This document shows, piece after piece, positions 62,030 to 64,000 of a stretch of DNA of 64,000 bases. Location: NCBI RefSeq assembly GCF_049965315.1, contig NZ_JBMFWL010000003.1, forward strand, positions 15,716 to 79,715, given 5' to 3'. Every line of letters starts with the position of its first letter. Positions within the stretch are counted from its first letter, which is position 1. Made by a program: the position numbers and the translations under genes. The notes under the pieces are model-generated. The model was not told the DNA's origin. It saw only the letters and a program-made list of their open reading frames with translations, and searched no databases. This DNA comes from Acidithiobacillus sp. Its GTDB lineage: Bacteria > Pseudomonadota > Gammaproteobacteria > Acidithiobacillales > Acidithiobacillaceae.

Positions 62030-62991
62030 TGCACGGCGTCCCGCAGGGCCTCTTCGGCGGGGCGATGGCGGTAGCCCAGGCAGTTTTCGGCCTTTTCCGA
62101 GGAGAAATACATCTTGTGGGCCGCCATGCGCAGTTCGTCCCTGGTCACCAGGGGAATACCCCGCCCGCGCAGGCGCACCCAGGCTTCGGCACCCCAGGCC
62201 AGGGGATAGAGGGCGCGACGGGGCAGGCGCAACCGCGGTGAGCGGTGGCCGGTGAGGCCGGCAATGCGGGTCAGCATGGCCCCCAGGGGGAGATTGTCTC
62301 CACCGAGAATGTAGCGTTCGCCTAGCACACCTTGCCCAAAGGCCTGCCAGTGCCCCGTGGCCACGTCATCCACATGGACCACATTGAGACCCGTATCGAT
62401 GTAGGCCGGCATCCGCCCCGCCGCAGCGTCCCGCACCATGCGGCCCGTGGGGGTCGGCTTGCGGTCGGCGGGGCCGATGGGGGTGGAGGGGTTGACGATC
62501 ACCGCCGGCAAGCCTTCGGTCGTGCAGAGATTCCGCACCACCTCTTCGGCAAGGAATTTGGAGCGTTTGTAATGGCCGATCATGGTAGCGAGGCTGGAGG
62601 GGGCATTTTCGTCGGCGATCCGCCCATCCGCATAAAAGCCCAGGACCGCCACACTGCTGGTATAAACGATGCGCTCCACTCCGGCCTCCAGGGCAGCGCG
62701 CATGAGACGCTCCGTACCGCCGACATTGGCCGCATACATGGGAGCGGGATCGGGCACCCAAAGGCGATAATCGGCGGCCACATGGAAAAGCCCCTGACAT
62801 CCGGCCACCGCCTGGCCCAGGGATTCCCCATCGCGCAGATCGCCATGCACGACTTCTACATCCATGTCCTCCCAATTGGCGGTATCCGCATCGCGGCGGG
62901 CGAGGACGCGCACTTCCACCCCTTCCGCCAAAAGCCGGCGCAGGACCGCCCCTCCGACAAAGCCCGATGCGCCGGTCAGTAGCGCCTTCAT
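62002..62991 (-). CDS. hpnA: Hopanoid-associated NAD-dependent sugar epimerase/dehydratase
   Basis: The 616-aa track ORF is mostly a spurious extension over hpnG. The real start is ATG 62991 (MKALLTGASGFVGGAVLRRL Rossmann fold). YKRSK catalytic motif. 329 aa. Confidence 0.8.
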   Translation of the reverse strand: MKALLTGASGFVGGAVLRRLLAEGVEVRVLARRDADTANWEDMDVEVVHGDLRDGESLGQAVAGCQGLFHVAADYRLWVPDPAPMYAANVGGTERLMRAALEAGVERIVYTSSVAVLGFYADGRIADENAPSSLATMIGHYKRSKFLAEEVVRNLCTTEGLPAVIVNPSTPIGPADRKPTPTGRMVRDAAAGRMPAYIDTGLNVVHVDDVATGHWQAFGQGVLGERYILGGDNLPLGAMLTRIAGLTGHRSPRLRLPRRALYPLAWGAEAWVRLRGRGIPLVTRDELRMAAHKMYFSSEKAENCLGYRHRPAEEALRDAVQWFREHHYL

Positions 62992-63686
62992 GGCGCGATC
63001 CCCACGGGGCCGATCCGCCGCCATGCAGAGCGCAAGGATTGCAGGGCCGCACTCATCTCCCGTCCGAGGCGCAGCAGGGCGGCGATCTCCCAGGGCCGCC
63101 GCGCCAAGGCCGCCAGGAGGGCGAAAGGGCGCAGGCGACCATAGGCATCGACAGCCACCAGGGCACTCCGGGGCAGGTCGCGCTCCACCGGATCCACCAG
63201 CGCCCGCAGTGCCAAAAAAGGCTTGTCGGCGGCCGCGGCCACCGCCGCGACGGCGCCGCTTTCCATATCTACCGCCACAGCGCCACTGCGCGCGTGCAAA
63301 GCCCGTTTCTCCGCGGACCGGGCGCAGGCCATGGCGGCCGTCAGCAGGGGACCGGAGACCACCTCCCCATGGATCTGCGCGGCCACGCGGCTGCGCCAGG
63401 GGGTGGCGACGGCATAGTCCCTGCCGGAGAAGAGCACACGCTCCGGCAAGAGCAGGGTGCCGGGACGCAAGGCAGGAGCCAGGGCCCCCGCCGTTCCAAA
63501 GGCCAGCAAGGCCCCGGCGCCCTCGGCCAACAGCGCCTCCGCCGCTTGCGCTGCCGCCTCCGGTCCCATGCCACATAGGCGCAAGCGCAGGCCTGGGGCA
63601 ATGTCGATCCCCTCCCCCGCCAGCGGCACCGTTTCCGTCAATACCCGCGCCTCCGCCGCCAGGGCTACCACGATCCCTAACGACAT
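62988..63686 (-). CDS. hpnG: Hopanoid-associated phosphorylase (PNP/UDP-1 family)
   Basis: 232 aa. MSLGIVVALAAEARVL, FGTAGALAP, AVAVDMESGAVA. ATGA overlap with the hpnA start. Confidence 0.8.
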   Translation of the reverse strand: MSLGIVVALAAEARVLTETVPLAGEGIDIAPGLRLRLCGMGPEAAAQAAEALLAEGAGALLAFGTAGALAPALRPGTLLLPERVLFSGRDYAVATPWRSRVAAQIHGEVVSGPLLTAAMACARSAEKRALHARSGAVAVDMESGAVAAVAAAADKPFLALRALVDPVERDLPRSALVAVDAYGRLRPFALLAALARRPWEIAALLRLGREMSAALQSLRSAWRRIGPVGIAP

Positions 63687-64000
63687 GCGCCAAGCCCCAG
63701 ACGCCGGTAGCGGGCCAGCGCCCAGAGCGGAAAATAGAGGCGGTAACCGTGGTAGGTGAGGTAAAACACCCGTGGAAAGCCGGGCGCGTTAAAATAAGGG
63801 TCCTGCCAACGCCCATCGTCCCCCTGCTGCTCTTCCAGCCAGCGGATGCCACGGCAGAGGGCCGCGCTACCCTGATCCCCCGCTGCCATCAGGGCGAGGC
63901 AGGCCCAGGCGGTCTGCGCCGCCGTGGACGGCTGGCCCAGCCCCGCCAGGCCCGCATCGACGTAGGAGTCGTTGCTTTCTCCCCAACCACCATCGGCCTG
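63677..64000 (-). CDS. shc: Squalene-hopene cyclase, 3'-terminal fragment (continues beyond the window)
   Basis: The frame is open to base 64000. It encodes ...ADGGWGESNDSYVDAGLAG...GDDGRWQDPYFNAPGFPRVFYLTYHGYRLYFPLWALARY, the QW-motif C-terminus of SHC. Confidence 0.85.
   Translation of the reverse strand, partial: QADGGWGESNDSYVDAGLAGLGQPSTAAQTAWACLALMAAGDQGSAALCRGIRWLEEQQGDDGRWQDPYFNAPGFPRVFYLTYHGYRLYFPLWALARYRRLGLGACR

Noticed and set aside
62992-63852. N-terminal 287 codons of the 616-aa track ORF containing hpnA. Similar long 5' extensions occur on rnr, hflK, mutL, bioA, nnrD, dnaX, yajC, hpnJ, moeA and mobB.
   Set aside because: The extensions overlap the upstream gene in another frame, have Gly/Arg/Pro-rich composition, and the family-typical N-terminus starts at an internal ATG. 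That ATG is usually in an ATGA overlap or behind a Shine-Dalgarno sequence.

Overview
High-GC (about 60%) proteobacterial chromosome segment. It is almost entirely conserved housekeeping genes, and about 85% of them are on the minus strand. No database or tool was run, so every call rests on reading the ORF translations and the nucleotides.

Gene content from left to right:
- A 5'-partial phosphoesterase, then rnr, tRNA-Leu(CAG), and purA-hisZ-hflC-hflK-hflX-hfq-miaA-mutL-tsaE.
- A CBS protein, bioA, nnrD, amt, recR-ybaB-dnaX preceded by a 4.5S/SRP RNA, and tRNA-Ser(CGA).
- A roughly 22-kb co-directional array: secF-secD-yajC-tgt-queA, a CNNM/CorC protein, a CBS protein, metZ-purF-cvpA, a SPOR protein, folC-accD-trpA-trpB-trpF-truA-fimV-asd-leuB and one unknown gene.
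- A plus-strand mobA-mobB-moeA block.
- A short, accessory-looking stretch (44.7-47.9 kb).
- gatBAC, then a hopanoid side-chain and transport locus running off the right edge: mlaA-like, hpnM-like, hpnH, a diiron protein, hpnL-like, hpnN, hpnK, hpnJ, hpnI, hpnA, hpnG and the 3' end of shc.

Most ORF-track entries on the opposite strand of these genes are GC-driven shadow ORFs. Many track ORFs also carry spurious N-terminal extensions, which I trimmed using upstream stop codons, ATGA overlaps and Shine-Dalgarno sequences.

Main hunt result: a class-II tRNA-Ser(UGA) gene on the minus strand (45823..46121) is interrupted in its anticodon by a 209-nt ORF-less group I intron. The intron strongly resembles the Azoarcus tRNA-Ile IC3 intron, and standard bacterial tRNA finders would miss it.

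Secondary leads:
- A ferritin-like diiron (E..EXXH x2) protein is translationally coupled inside the hopanoid cluster.
- An MlaA/MlaC-like pair is attached to that cluster.
- The conserved N-terminus of hflX has no canonical start codon and abuts the hfq stop.
- A signal-peptide SCP2-like protein lies behind a perfect 22-bp palindrome.
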